DNA of 64,000 nt from Bythopirellula sp. Lineage in GTDB: Bacteria > Planctomycetota > Planctomycetia > Pirellulales > Lacipirellulaceae. The notes under the pieces were generated by a model. The model was not told the DNA's origin. It made no database searches and was given only the letters and a program-made list of their open reading frames with translations. The translations under genes were made by a program, and so were the position numbers. Below, one piece after another: positions 1-8,045 of the stretch. The stretch spans positions 2,080,001 to 2,144,000 of the forward strand of contig OZ244170.1 of the NCBI GenBank assembly GCA_965216565.1, in the 5' to 3' direction. Numbering within the stretch: position 1 is the first letter of the stretch; each line of letters starts with the position of its first letter.

Positions 1-494
1 GGAAACTTCACGACGCCTCCATGATAAGCTCCATGGAAGGCGAGAATTTTGTTTCGACCAGTCACCATTCGCGCCGTCGTCAGCGCCATGATGCCAGCTT
101 CGGTTCCTGAATTGCAGAATCGCAATTGTTCCACCGAGGGAAAACGCTCGCAGATTAAACCCGCCAGCTCCCTTTCCAGCTCAGTCGGGGCGCCCATCAC
201 GATGCCCCTCTCCAATGCCTGTTGAACCGCCGACTTGATGGCTTGGTCCGAATGGCCAAACAGGCCGGCAGAAAACTCACCGACGAAGTCGACGTACCGA
301 TGCCCATCCAAGTCGACCAGCTCTGCCCCTTCGCCTCGAACCATGGTCAAGGGAAAAGGTTCGTAATGCAACACATTGCGTGTATTTCCCCCGGGCAAGT
401 AGCGCTGGGCCTCTTCGTCGGCTGCCATGCTCTGCGGATTGGCTGCCGCGTAGCGGTTACGTGCATCACTTAGTGCTTGTTGTAATGCTTCCAT
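1..494 (-). CDS. Class-III PLP aminotransferase, beta-amino-acid (beta-phenylalanine-type) transaminase; partial, 3' part beyond window start
   Basis: Not in the ORF track. Hand translation from ATG 494: MEALQQALSDARNRYAAANPQSMAADEEAQRYLPGGNTRNVLHYEPFPLTMVRGEGAELVDLDGHRYVDFVGEFSAGLFGHS...ICERFPSVEQLRFCNSGTEAGIMALTTARMVTGRNKILAFHGAYHGGVVKF. It has a GSA-aminotransferase-like fold. PGGNTRxVL, EF(S/T)AGxxGHS and YHGGV match my recollection of Variovorax/Mesorhizobium beta-transaminases better than HemL. Starts 8 bp after the thiolase stop. Confidence 0.85.
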   Translation of the reverse strand, partial: MEALQQALSDARNRYAAANPQSMAADEEAQRYLPGGNTRNVLHYEPFPLTMVRGEGAELVDLDGHRYVDFVGEFSAGLFGHSDQAIKSAVQQALERGIVMGAPTELERELAGLICERFPSVEQLRFCNSGTEAGIMALTTARMVTGRNKILAFHGAYHGGVVKF

Positions 495-502
495 AACTAG
501 CG

Positions 503-1705
503 CTACCCGACCTTCTCGATCGCCAGCGCAATTCCCTGGCCAACACCAACGCACATTGTGCAGAGGGCTCGTTTGCCTTCCCCGCGACGTAATTGATCGA
601 ATGCGGTCAGTGCCAGTCGGGCACCGCTCATACCCAAGGGATGGCCCAAGGCGATAGCTCCGCCGCGAGTATTGAGTCGGGAATCGTCATCCGCTAGCCC
701 TAGCTCTCTAGTACAGGCTAAAGCCTGCGCCGCAAATGCTTCGTTGAGTTCTAAGATATCGAAGCTATCCAACGTAACGCCTAACCGCTCGAGCAACTTG
801 TTCGTTGCGGGAACGGGACCAATGCCCATAATTCGCGGAGGCACACCGGCTACAGACATTCCAAGCACGCGAGCCACGGGTTCGAGTTGGTGACGCTTAG
901 CCCCAACTTCGGATGCCAGGAGCAATGCTGCGGCGCCGTCGTTGATGCCCGACGCATTTCCTGCGGTCACAGTGCCCTCTGGAAGAATTGGCTTCAGTTT
1001 GGCGAGTTTCTCGAGTGTTACTTCACGTGGATGCTCGTCCCGATCAACGAGGATCGGATCTTGCTTACGTCGCGGAACACTCACGGCGCAGATCTCACCA
1101 GCAAGTCGGCCGTCTTGCTGAGCAGTGGCGGCTTTGGTTTGACTCCAAATCGCAAACTGGTCTTGATCCTCGCGGCTGATGGAGCGTTCTCTGGCGAGGT
1201 TTTCAGCCGTTTCCGGCATCGATTCTGTGCCGTACTGCTCCTGCAGATTAGAGTTAATAAATCTCCATCCCATCGTGGTATCAAACATTTCCTGCTGTCG
1301 TCCAAAGGCCGCCTCCGGTTTGCCGATGACAAAAGGAGATCGAGACATACTCTCCACACCGCCGGCAATCATGAGATCGCCTTCTCCCGACTGGATTGCC
1401 GAAGCGCAGTTGCCCAAAGCGTTGAGCCCCGATGCACAGAGGCGATTGATTGTGTAGGCTGGCACTTCTTGCGGCACGCCGGCTAACAAACTGCTCATAC
1501 GCGCAACATTGCGATTGTCTTCCCCCGACTGATTGGTGCAGCCCAGCACAACATCGTCTAGCTCATGCCAGTCGACGCTAGGGTTTCGCTCCATCAGCGA
1601 CTTAATCGGTATCGCTGCCAGATCGTCGGTTCGAATCGTTGACAAACATCCTCCGTAACGCCCCACAGGTGTCCGGATTCCATCGCATAGGTAGACTTCA
1701 GTCAT
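503..1705 (-). CDS. pcaF: 3-oxoadipyl-CoA thiolase-like acetyl-CoA C-acyltransferase (PcaF/PaaJ type)
   Basis: RTPVGRYGG, NQSGEDNRNVARM, INRLCASG (catalytic Cys), NEAFAAQ, GGAIALGHPLG and TMCVGVGQG motifs. Confidence 0.93.
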   Translation of the reverse strand: MTEVYLCDGIRTPVGRYGGCLSTIRTDDLAAIPIKSLMERNPSVDWHELDDVVLGCTNQSGEDNRNVARMSSLLAGVPQEVPAYTINRLCASGLNALGNCASAIQSGEGDLMIAGGVESMSRSPFVIGKPEAAFGRQQEMFDTTMGWRFINSNLQEQYGTESMPETAENLARERSISREDQDQFAIWSQTKAATAQQDGRLAGEICAVSVPRRKQDPILVDRDEHPREVTLEKLAKLKPILPEGTVTAGNASGINDGAAALLLASEVGAKRHQLEPVARVLGMSVAGVPPRIMGIGPVPATNKLLERLGVTLDSFDILELNEAFAAQALACTRELGLADDDSRLNTRGGAIALGHPLGMSGARLALTAFDQLRRGEGKRALCTMCVGVGQGIALAIEKVG

Positions 1706-1745
1706 GATTCTGTTCTCATTGTTACTGCGGCACGCTCACGAGTAG

Positions 1746-2405
1746 CTAATTTGCAGGCAACTGGTTTGCGGGTAATATCGCTGTCCCCGTTTTCTGCTCG
1801 ACCTCTGCAAACCTAATTCCGGGCGCCAATTCGGCAACTTGAAAACCCTCAGGAGTAATATCAACCACCGCCAAATCGGTGTAAACACGAGATATTACAC
1901 CCACGCCCGTCAGTGGATAGGAGCACTGTTTCACCAGTTTAGGTTCGCCAGTTTTGGTCGTGTGTTGGGTGAGTACGTAGATGTTTTTCACACCCTGCAC
2001 CAGATCCATCGCGCCGCCAACTGCAGGGATGGCATCGGGAGCCCCGGTGGACCAATTCGCAATATCTCCATGGGCTGACACTTGCATAGTGCCTAACACA
2101 CAGACATCAATATGACCGCCTCGGATCATGCTGAAACTGTCGGCATGATGAAAATACGCCGCTCCAGGCACGGCTGTCACGTACTTCTTCCCAGCATTCA
2201 TCAGGTCGAGATCGATTTTGTCCTCGGCCGGCGCGGGTCCCATGCCTAGCAAACCATTTTCGGTGTGATACATGAATTCACGACCCGCAGGCACAAATTT
2301 GGTGACCAGCTCTGGTATGCCGATGCCTAAATTGACGTACGATCCGTCGGGAATGTCCTGGGCCACTCGTGCCGCCATCTGCTCCCTTGTCCAACCATTA
2401 CTCAT
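1746..2405 (-). CDS. pcaJ: 3-oxoacid (3-oxoadipate-type) CoA-transferase subunit B
   Basis: YVNLGIGIP, TENG (catalytic Glu), SFSMIRGGH and PAVGGAMDL motifs. Start reassigned to ATG 2405 (MSNGWTREQMA), which overlaps the subunit A stop as ATGA. Confidence 0.92.
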   Translation of the reverse strand: MSNGWTREQMAARVAQDIPDGSYVNLGIGIPELVTKFVPAGREFMYHTENGLLGMGPAPAEDKIDLDLMNAGKKYVTAVPGAAYFHHADSFSMIRGGHIDVCVLGTMQVSAHGDIANWSTGAPDAIPAVGGAMDLVQGVKNIYVLTQHTTKTGEPKLVKQCSYPLTGVGVISRVYTDLAVVDITPEGFQVAELAPGIRFAEVEQKTGTAILPANQLPAN

Positions 2406-3112
2406 GGGTAACTCTTGCCCTCCGCAATCAGCGTGTCTTCGTGAATAGGCTGAGAAACTTCTACAACGCGATTGACAAAAATCCCAGGAGTGACGACGCA
2501 CTCGGGATCGATTTCTCCCCGTTCGACTAAATTTCTTGTCTGAACGATCGTGGTTGTAGCTGCCATGCACATCAGTGGGCTAAAGTTGCGGGCAGTTTTA
2601 TTGTAGGTCAAGTTGCCGAGGGGATCGGCACACTCACTCTTGATCAATGCAAAGTCTGCTTTCAACCACGGCTCTAACACATACGTCCGACCATCAAACT
2701 CACGTTGCTCTTTGCCCTCCGCCAGGACCGTACCCACAGTAGTAGGAGTATAGAAGGCAGGTATTCCCGCGCCGGCCGAACGAATGCGTTCCGCCAGGGT
2801 GCCTTGAGGAACCAGGTCGAGTTCTATCTTTCCTTCTCGAAATAGCTTGGGAAAAACACGCGATTGACTCGATCTAGGAAAAGAGCAAATCATCTTTCTC
2901 ACCTGTCCATTGCCAATCAGGGCAGCCAGGCCTACTTCGCCGTTGCCCGTGTTGTTGTTGATCAAAGTCAGATCCTTCGCACCTTGATCAATGAGCGCAT
3001 GGATCAATTCGATCGGACTACCCGATGCACCGAAACCGCCAACCATTACGGTTGCACCGTCAGGGATATCGGCCACGGCTTCCGCCACGGATGGGCATGT
3101 TTTGTTGATCAC
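2402..3112 (-). CDS. pcaI: 3-oxoacid (3-oxoadipate-type) CoA-transferase subunit A
   Basis: DGATVMVGGFG, NNTGNGEVGLAAL, ICSFPR, PQGTLAERIR and TARNFSP motifs. Start reassigned to GTG 3112 (MINKT...), with GGAGA just upstream. Confidence 0.92.
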   Translation of the reverse strand: MINKTCPSVAEAVADIPDGATVMVGGFGASGSPIELIHALIDQGAKDLTLINNNTGNGEVGLAALIGNGQVRKMICSFPRSSQSRVFPKLFREGKIELDLVPQGTLAERIRSAGAGIPAFYTPTTVGTVLAEGKEQREFDGRTYVLEPWLKADFALIKSECADPLGNLTYNKTARNFSPLMCMAATTTIVQTRNLVERGEIDPECVVTPGIFVNRVVEVSQPIHEDTLIAEGKSYP

Positions 3113-3153
3113 CTGCAATCTCTCCGGCAAGCTATGAGATTTTGAAAAGCCAC

Positions 3154-3987
3154 CTATCGAAAAACGTCCGTCGATTCCCAAAGTTCTTCAATTCGGTCGA
3201 TACGCTCAGTCGCTTCCTCCTTCAACTCTTTGGCAATCTTTGACACAAGCAACTCGGCGATCGCCACTACGGGGACGGAACTATCAAACGGCCCGATAGC
3301 CGGCACTGAAATTTCGCACCAAATATCTGCCAATTCGACAAGAGGAGACAGCGGGCCATCGGTAATCGCAACTATCTCTACTCCATTATCGGCTAGCAGT
3401 TCGGTTGCCGTCACGACTAACCGCCGATAGCGGAAAAAGTCGAACACAACGGCGACATCTTTCGGGCCTGCATTCCCAATTTCGCTACCAAGGGAACGGT
3501 CATCCAACATTTGCACGCCTGGCCGAACCATCGATAGTCCGCTCTTAAATGCAATCGCGCCGGCTTGCGACGTCTCGCCAGACAGGATCCAAACATTCTT
3601 TGCACGCACTATCGACCGGACGAGTTTTGTTATTTTTTGTCTCTGAATTGCATCAAAAACAGAGTCGATCGCGCCATCTATCGTCTCGCGAACTGACAGA
3701 TCTGGTTTTTCGTCGCCCCGAATCCTTTCACTAGGACGAGCCAGACGACGCGACACATCGCTGCGGACCAACCGCTGTAATTGTGTGAAACCTTCGAAGC
3801 CCAGTTTGTTGGCAAAACGTACTACCGAAGGTCGACTCGTGCCGATGCGAGTTGCCAGATCTGACACCGTTCCAAAAGCGAGCAACATCGGCTCGGCGAG
3901 CACTGTCTCTGCAATACGTCGGTCGGTGGGCGTAAATTGCCCTCCTGCCGCAACTACCAGATCGGTTAGTGGAGAATTTTCCCTCAT
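3154..3987 (-). CDS. MurR/RpiR family transcriptional regulator (HTH + SIS domain)
   Basis: TVSDLATRIGTSRPSVVRFANKLGFEGFTQLQ HTH. SIS-like DVAVVFDFFRY...IVAITDGPLSPL...FDS. Start likely ATG 3987. Confidence 0.92.
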   Translation of the reverse strand: MRENSPLTDLVVAAGGQFTPTDRRIAETVLAEPMLLAFGTVSDLATRIGTSRPSVVRFANKLGFEGFTQLQRLVRSDVSRRLARPSERIRGDEKPDLSVRETIDGAIDSVFDAIQRQKITKLVRSIVRAKNVWILSGETSQAGAIAFKSGLSMVRPGVQMLDDRSLGSEIGNAGPKDVAVVFDFFRYRRLVVTATELLADNGVEIVAITDGPLSPLVELADIWCEISVPAIGPFDSSVPVVAIAELLVSKIAKELKEEATERIDRIEELWESTDVFR

Positions 3988-3989
3988 GC

Positions 3990-4036
3990 TGTTCACTATG
4001 TTACACAGTTGTACCACTCTGTTCAACCTGTTACAC
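3990..4036. promoter_or_regulatory. Five ~10-bp-phased direct repeats (TGTTACAC-like) in the RpiR/aminomutase divergent intergenic region; candidate operator
   Basis: TGTTCAC 3990, TGTTACAC 3999, TGTACCAC 4010, TGTTCAAC 4020, TGTTACAC 4029. Confidence 0.55.
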
Positions 4037-4091
4037 TGGCTATTCGGAAGCGAAGTATAGGTTGAATGAAGAAAACATAGCGAGGTAACCC

Positions 4092-5555
4092 GTGGCTAAC
4101 GATGACACATATGAGATGACAGACCGTCAGCAGGAATTTCTGGATTCAATTGATAGTCCGAAATACGAGCGAGAGATCATCAACGGCCTGAAGCCTTTTT
4201 TTGAAGAGAAGGCTCCGGAAGATATTAGAAACTTCTATTCCTCTGAGGAACTTGAGTCGTTGCGCGTCATTACCGACACCGAACGCGACGTGGAAACGCG
4301 GATGCCGGTGAAGGTTACCCGGCACTATTTCGAGTTGGCCAGAAACAGCCTGCCGCTGCAACGACTTGTGAAAGCCAGCCCGGACGAAACACTCAATCTG
4401 GAAGGGTCAGAAGATCCCGGTTATCAAATGGACTTCTCTCCGGTCGAGGGAATGTTGCACAAGTACGAGATGGGCTTGCTCTATACGGTCTCCACATGCT
4501 CGGCACATTGTCGTTTTTGTTACCGCGAAGAGCTGATCGGAAACAAAGAAGTAGAACGCCAAGATGGTTCGGTCGCCAGAAAAGGCATCGCTAAGATCAA
4601 AGACGTGACGGACTATATCCGCACACACAACGCCATGGTTGATTCCAATGGTGGAGTTCACCCAACGACAGGCCGCGAGAAACTTCGCGAAGTACTACTC
4701 TCGGGTGGCGATGCCATGATGCTTCCCAATAAGAAGATTGGTGAATGGCTGGCTGCCCTGGCAGAAGCAGGCGTGGAATCAATCCGCCTCGGCACGAAGG
4801 ACATGGCCTTCTACCCCAAACGCTTCGACAGCACCTTTTTGGCGATGATGGATAGTTTTCACGAAAAGTATCCAGACGTCGGATTCCGGTTGATGATTCA
4901 CTTTAATCATCCTGACGAATTCTTACTCAAAACGCCTGATGGCGAATATGCCACCAATCCAAATGGCACTCTCAAATGGCACGAAGACACGAAGCAGGCC
5001 ATGGAAGGCGTTGTCTCCCGCGGTTGGCTTAACGTCGAAAACCAAGCGCCGATCATCAAGGGCATCAATGACAATGTGGAAGCACTAAGGCTCATGCAAC
5101 GTGCCTTGTACCGATGTGGAATCAACAATCATTACTTTTTCTGTGGTAGAGATATCGTTGCTTACCGCGCCTTCAATGTCCCCATCGAAACCGCCTGGAC
5201 TCTTCTCAACGAATCCCAAAAAGGCTTGTCCGGCGTCGAAGCCCACGCGCGTCTCTCGATCACTCACTACAAGGGAAAAACCGAGGTTGCCGCGGTGACT
5301 AATGAACCGATGTCGGGAGTCCCTGGGGCAGAAAACGGCGTGCTAATTTTCAAGATTCTTCGCAACGCGTTGGATGCTCCAGACCGCGGCAAAGTATGCA
5401 TCGTGGGCCGCAACCCCGAAGCGATCTGGTTCGACGATTATGAAGACCGAGTGCTCTTTGACGAAGCCGGCTTGTACGAGTATTCGCGAGTCGACAAGAA
5501 GAAAGTCGAGATCAAGCAAACCGCAGATCTCGATACTGCGCTGAGCCAGAAGTAG
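4092..5555 (+). CDS. KamA-family radical SAM / PLP amino-acid 2,3-aminomutase-like protein (substrate probably not lysine)
   Basis: HKYE...CSAHCRFCYR (CxxxCxxC plus Arg), VLLSGGD, IRLGTK, HFNHPDE, NQAPIIKGINDN, and C-terminal KGKT (putative PLP lysine). GTG start with GAGG RBS. Confidence 0.9.
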   Translation: MANDDTYEMTDRQQEFLDSIDSPKYEREIINGLKPFFEEKAPEDIRNFYSSEELESLRVITDTERDVETRMPVKVTRHYFELARNSLPLQRLVKASPDETLNLEGSEDPGYQMDFSPVEGMLHKYEMGLLYTVSTCSAHCRFCYREELIGNKEVERQDGSVARKGIAKIKDVTDYIRTHNAMVDSNGGVHPTTGREKLREVLLSGGDAMMLPNKKIGEWLAALAEAGVESIRLGTKDMAFYPKRFDSTFLAMMDSFHEKYPDVGFRLMIHFNHPDEFLLKTPDGEYATNPNGTLKWHEDTKQAMEGVVSRGWLNVENQAPIIKGINDNVEALRLMQRALYRCGINNHYFFCGRDIVAYRAFNVPIETAWTLLNESQKGLSGVEAHARLSITHYKGKTEVAAVTNEPMSGVPGAENGVLIFKILRNALDAPDRGKVCIVGRNPEAIWFDDYEDRVLFDEAGLYEYSRVDKKKVEIKQTADLDTALSQK

Positions 5556-5590
5556 AAATAACACGCGGCAATGAAACGAATTCTTCGGCG

Positions 5591-5878
5591 GTTGGCTGCT
5601 CAGACTGTGAGTCGTGGCTTTGCTACGAGTGTGCAGCAACTTGCTCGAGTTGTGGAGAAGGACACTGCCATCAGTGCCTTCGATCCTGTGGCCGCTGCGA
5701 GGAACCGTTTTGCGCGAAGTGCCTTAAAACCTGCTCAGGCTGTCTGGAGCAAGTCTGTAACTGTTGTTTCATCTCAGACGAAAGGTGTGGTGATTGTTAT
5801 GAAGAAAATCAAGAGTCAACCAAATCCGTCTCTACGGTTCTCTCCCACCGCCTGGGCCAAGCTGCAATATCTCCATGA
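5591..5878 (+). pseudogene. Orphan 3' fragment of a Cys-rich (CxxC repeat) protein with no start codon
   Basis: The frame starting at 5591 reads VGCSDCESWLCYECAATCSSCGEGHCHQCLRSCGRCEEPFCAKCLKTCSGCLEQVCNCCFISDERCGDCYEENQES...ISP-stop (TGA 5876-5878). Not in the ORF track. Confidence 0.65.
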
Positions 5879-5995
5879 TGCAGGGGATACCGAACTCTGA
5901 GATTTCGGGATCGCCAGTGCCGAGGATCTCTTGTTGATCGAGGATGTGGTGCTCGTTGACCAGCGGTGCAGTGTGGTGGAAGTTGAACTAGTGGA
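5799..5995 (+). pseudogene. 5' fragment of a JAB/MPN-like peptidase gene with an in-frame stop, truncated before the metal-binding motif
   Basis: [63 protein letters not shown]. This resembles the planctomycete JAB-type N-terminus (LRFSPxAWAKL...TExGGFGI). TGA at 5898-5900 replaces the expected Gly, and no HTHP follows. Confidence 0.6.
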
Positions 5996-6149
5996 CTCGG
6001 TCGTGACAGATGCAATGCTGCGCCTTGTTCCAGCAAATAGATAGTCTGGAAGGGGAATTTGCGTTGTGCACATTTCCCCTTTTAGCTATCAACGCTTTCT
6101 AGATTCGTGGGACTCGATATTCGCTTCAAATTACCGACTTGCAAGCCAC

Positions 6150-6270
6150 TAAATACCGCTCCGATGAATACCATAACGAGTCCACCAGTCGCGATATCCA
6201 TTCGACCATCATCGTCGATTTCTGCGAGCTTCACGCCATCTGCTCCCGTGGCAGAATTTAATCGTCGAAA
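6150..6270 (-). pseudogene. Fragment of an FG-GAP/VCBS repeat protein
   Basis: TGADGVKLAEIDDDGRMDIATG in the 6082-6342 ORF is a single isolated FG-GAP-like repeat. The flanks look non-coding. Confidence 0.45.
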
Positions 6271-6389
6271 ACTTGGAGTACCCAGTGAGATCCCATCGGT
6301 TCCACGGCATTGGACTTCAACGCTTCGAAAACTAAGCTGCAAAGATTAGCGGGCGCTGGGATAGGCTAACTTTCACAAAGACAGATCAA

Positions 6390-7796
6390 CTAAGGAGAGG
6401 CCACCAACAATTTGCGGTGCTTGAGCGGATACCAATCAGCGATTCGCTTCGACAATCGTTCCACAATCTCGGGGTGTTGATCTGCAAGGTTCGACAGCTC
6501 GTTTGGATCAGCTTCCAAATCGAACAGCTGCGGACCTTTGATCGTGCGTGGATGGCTACTACGATAGCGATGTGCCTCGCCGTCATAAGTCAGCAGGAGC
6601 TTCCACTTGCCCTCGATGCACCAGCGATAGAGGAGCGAAGCCTCGGGGTCTTCGATGTCAGCGATGTCGTGGGCAAATCCCTCGCCGAAGATTGCGTCGC
6701 GGCCGATGGGATCCCCCCCGGTTAGAGATTGCCAAAGGTCGAGTCCTGGCAGATCCTCAGGCTGTCGCGCACCAGCGGCGCTCAGGATTGTGGGAACCAG
6801 GTCAATGCTACTGACTAGTTCGGATCGATCGGCTGGCTTCAGTTTGCCCGGCCAGGAAAACAAGATTGGCGTTCGCACGCCACCTTCATAGGGCGATTGC
6901 TTCGATCGGGCTGCGTAGCTGTCTTTATCGGGATGTTGAATCCAACCGTTGTCCGTAACGTAGACAATCAGAGTATTTTCGCGCAAACCCTTCTGGTCGA
7001 TCATTCCAATCAACTGCCCACAGGTTTCGTTAAACCAATCGCACATCGCGTAGTACTTAGCAACTGTGATTGGCCGGCTTTCGGTGCGATATTTGTCCAG
7101 AATTCTTTCCGGCGGATTGTGTGGAGTATGAGGTAGAAACGGTGCGTACCAAAGGAAGAATGGTTTTTCCTCTGCCTGGGCCATATCGACGAACTCTTCA
7201 ATCGGCTCCATGCCATGGCGTCCAATCTTCAGGCCGTCGTCTCCGTGTCGCCCGCCCGGCTTGGGGAAACCGCGCGTCATGCCATGTGTAAAGCCAGCAC
7301 GCTTGTAATTGCCTTCCCAATACTTACCGCTTTGGTGAGACAAATACCCCTGTTCGGCGAGCAGTTCCGGCAACGTATCGAACCGATCGATGTATGAGAT
7401 GAGTTGAGCACACCGCTGCTTATACAAATCGGAACCCTTCTCCGCATACTTCGGCGAAGGGTCGTTGCCGGTCACACCATGCTTGGACGCGTAGTGGCCG
7501 GTGAGTAGCGTTACCAAAGAAGGACGGCACAATGCAGTCGGTACATAGCCGCGTTTGAACACCACGCTATCACGGGCCAATTGATCCAGATGGGGTGTTT
7601 GAATATCAGGATGCCCCATAAAGCCATAGTCGGTCCAACTTTGATCATCCGAGATGATCAGCACAATGTTGGGCCGATCGGCTGCCAGAACATCGTTACT
7701 CGCTGCGCCCATTAGTGAGCCGACGAGGACGAGCAGCAATTGAGCTGCCGGTGAAACTTTGGGCATTTGCATACTTGGTGATTTTTTTAGGGACAA
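6390..7796 (-). CDS. Sulfatase (S1 family), secreted
   Basis: Signal peptide, RPNIVLIISDDQ, LCRPSL...LTG (variant signature), GKYW, PHTPH, TDNG and K.SPYEGGVRTP. The true start may be a few codons downstream. Confidence 0.93.
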   Translation of the reverse strand: MSLKKSPSMQMPKVSPAAQLLLVLVGSLMGAASNDVLAADRPNIVLIISDDQSWTDYGFMGHPDIQTPHLDQLARDSVVFKRGYVPTALCRPSLVTLLTGHYASKHGVTGNDPSPKYAEKGSDLYKQRCAQLISYIDRFDTLPELLAEQGYLSHQSGKYWEGNYKRAGFTHGMTRGFPKPGGRHGDDGLKIGRHGMEPIEEFVDMAQAEEKPFFLWYAPFLPHTPHNPPERILDKYRTESRPITVAKYYAMCDWFNETCGQLIGMIDQKGLRENTLIVYVTDNGWIQHPDKDSYAARSKQSPYEGGVRTPILFSWPGKLKPADRSELVSSIDLVPTILSAAGARQPEDLPGLDLWQSLTGGDPIGRDAIFGEGFAHDIADIEDPEASLLYRWCIEGKWKLLLTYDGEAHRYRSSHPRTIKGPQLFDLEADPNELSNLADQHPEIVERLSKRIADWYPLKHRKLLVASP

Positions 7797-8018
7797 CGTT
7801 CAACGGCCTGATTCACAATTGCGGCCTGCTGGATACGTAAGGTTTGCTCAGGCCAGCTAGTCTTGAAATCGTAAAGTGCACACTCTGCAGATCGTCTAAG
7901 ATGAAGGAGCACCTGGACGCAATTGGGCACTCGCTAATTAATAGGGCTTTACTTCACAACTGGATGACCAATCCTTCTATTCTTTGCGTAGCGGTAGCCA
8001 TAAGCGAGAATCGACTAC

Positions 8019-8045
8019 AACGTCGCAGCCTCTCAGATTTGGACA
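8019..8045 (-). promoter_or_regulatory. Putative ECF-sigma promoter TGTCCA-N17-CGTT for the sulfatase at 7796
   Basis: Minus strand TGTCCA aatctgagaggctgcga CGTT gtag; one of 8 copies with an exact 17-nt spacer. Confidence 0.7.

Noticed and set aside
887..1486. Long antisense or overlapping ORFs in the track (e.g. 887-1486, 33716-34303, 34422-35009, 58181-58723)
   Set aside because: They are shadows of well-supported genes and carry no recognisable motifs.
503..3112. pcaIJF as evidence of aromatic (protocatechuate/catechol) degradation
   Set aside because: No ring-cleavage or lactone genes and no IclR/LysR regulator are in view. The neighbours are a transaminase, an RpiR regulator and an aminomutase. 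This cannot be fully excluded because the operon continues left of the window.
4092..5555. Calling the gene kamA (lysine 2,3-aminomutase), ablA or epmB
   Set aside because: No efp/epmA, ablB or kamDE context is present, and the lysine-binding Asp positions appear substituted.
5571..5900. 109-aa ORF as a real gene
   Set aside because: Its first ~75 codons are the off-frame shadow of the Cys-rich remnant; only the part from 5799 resembles a real, broken gene.
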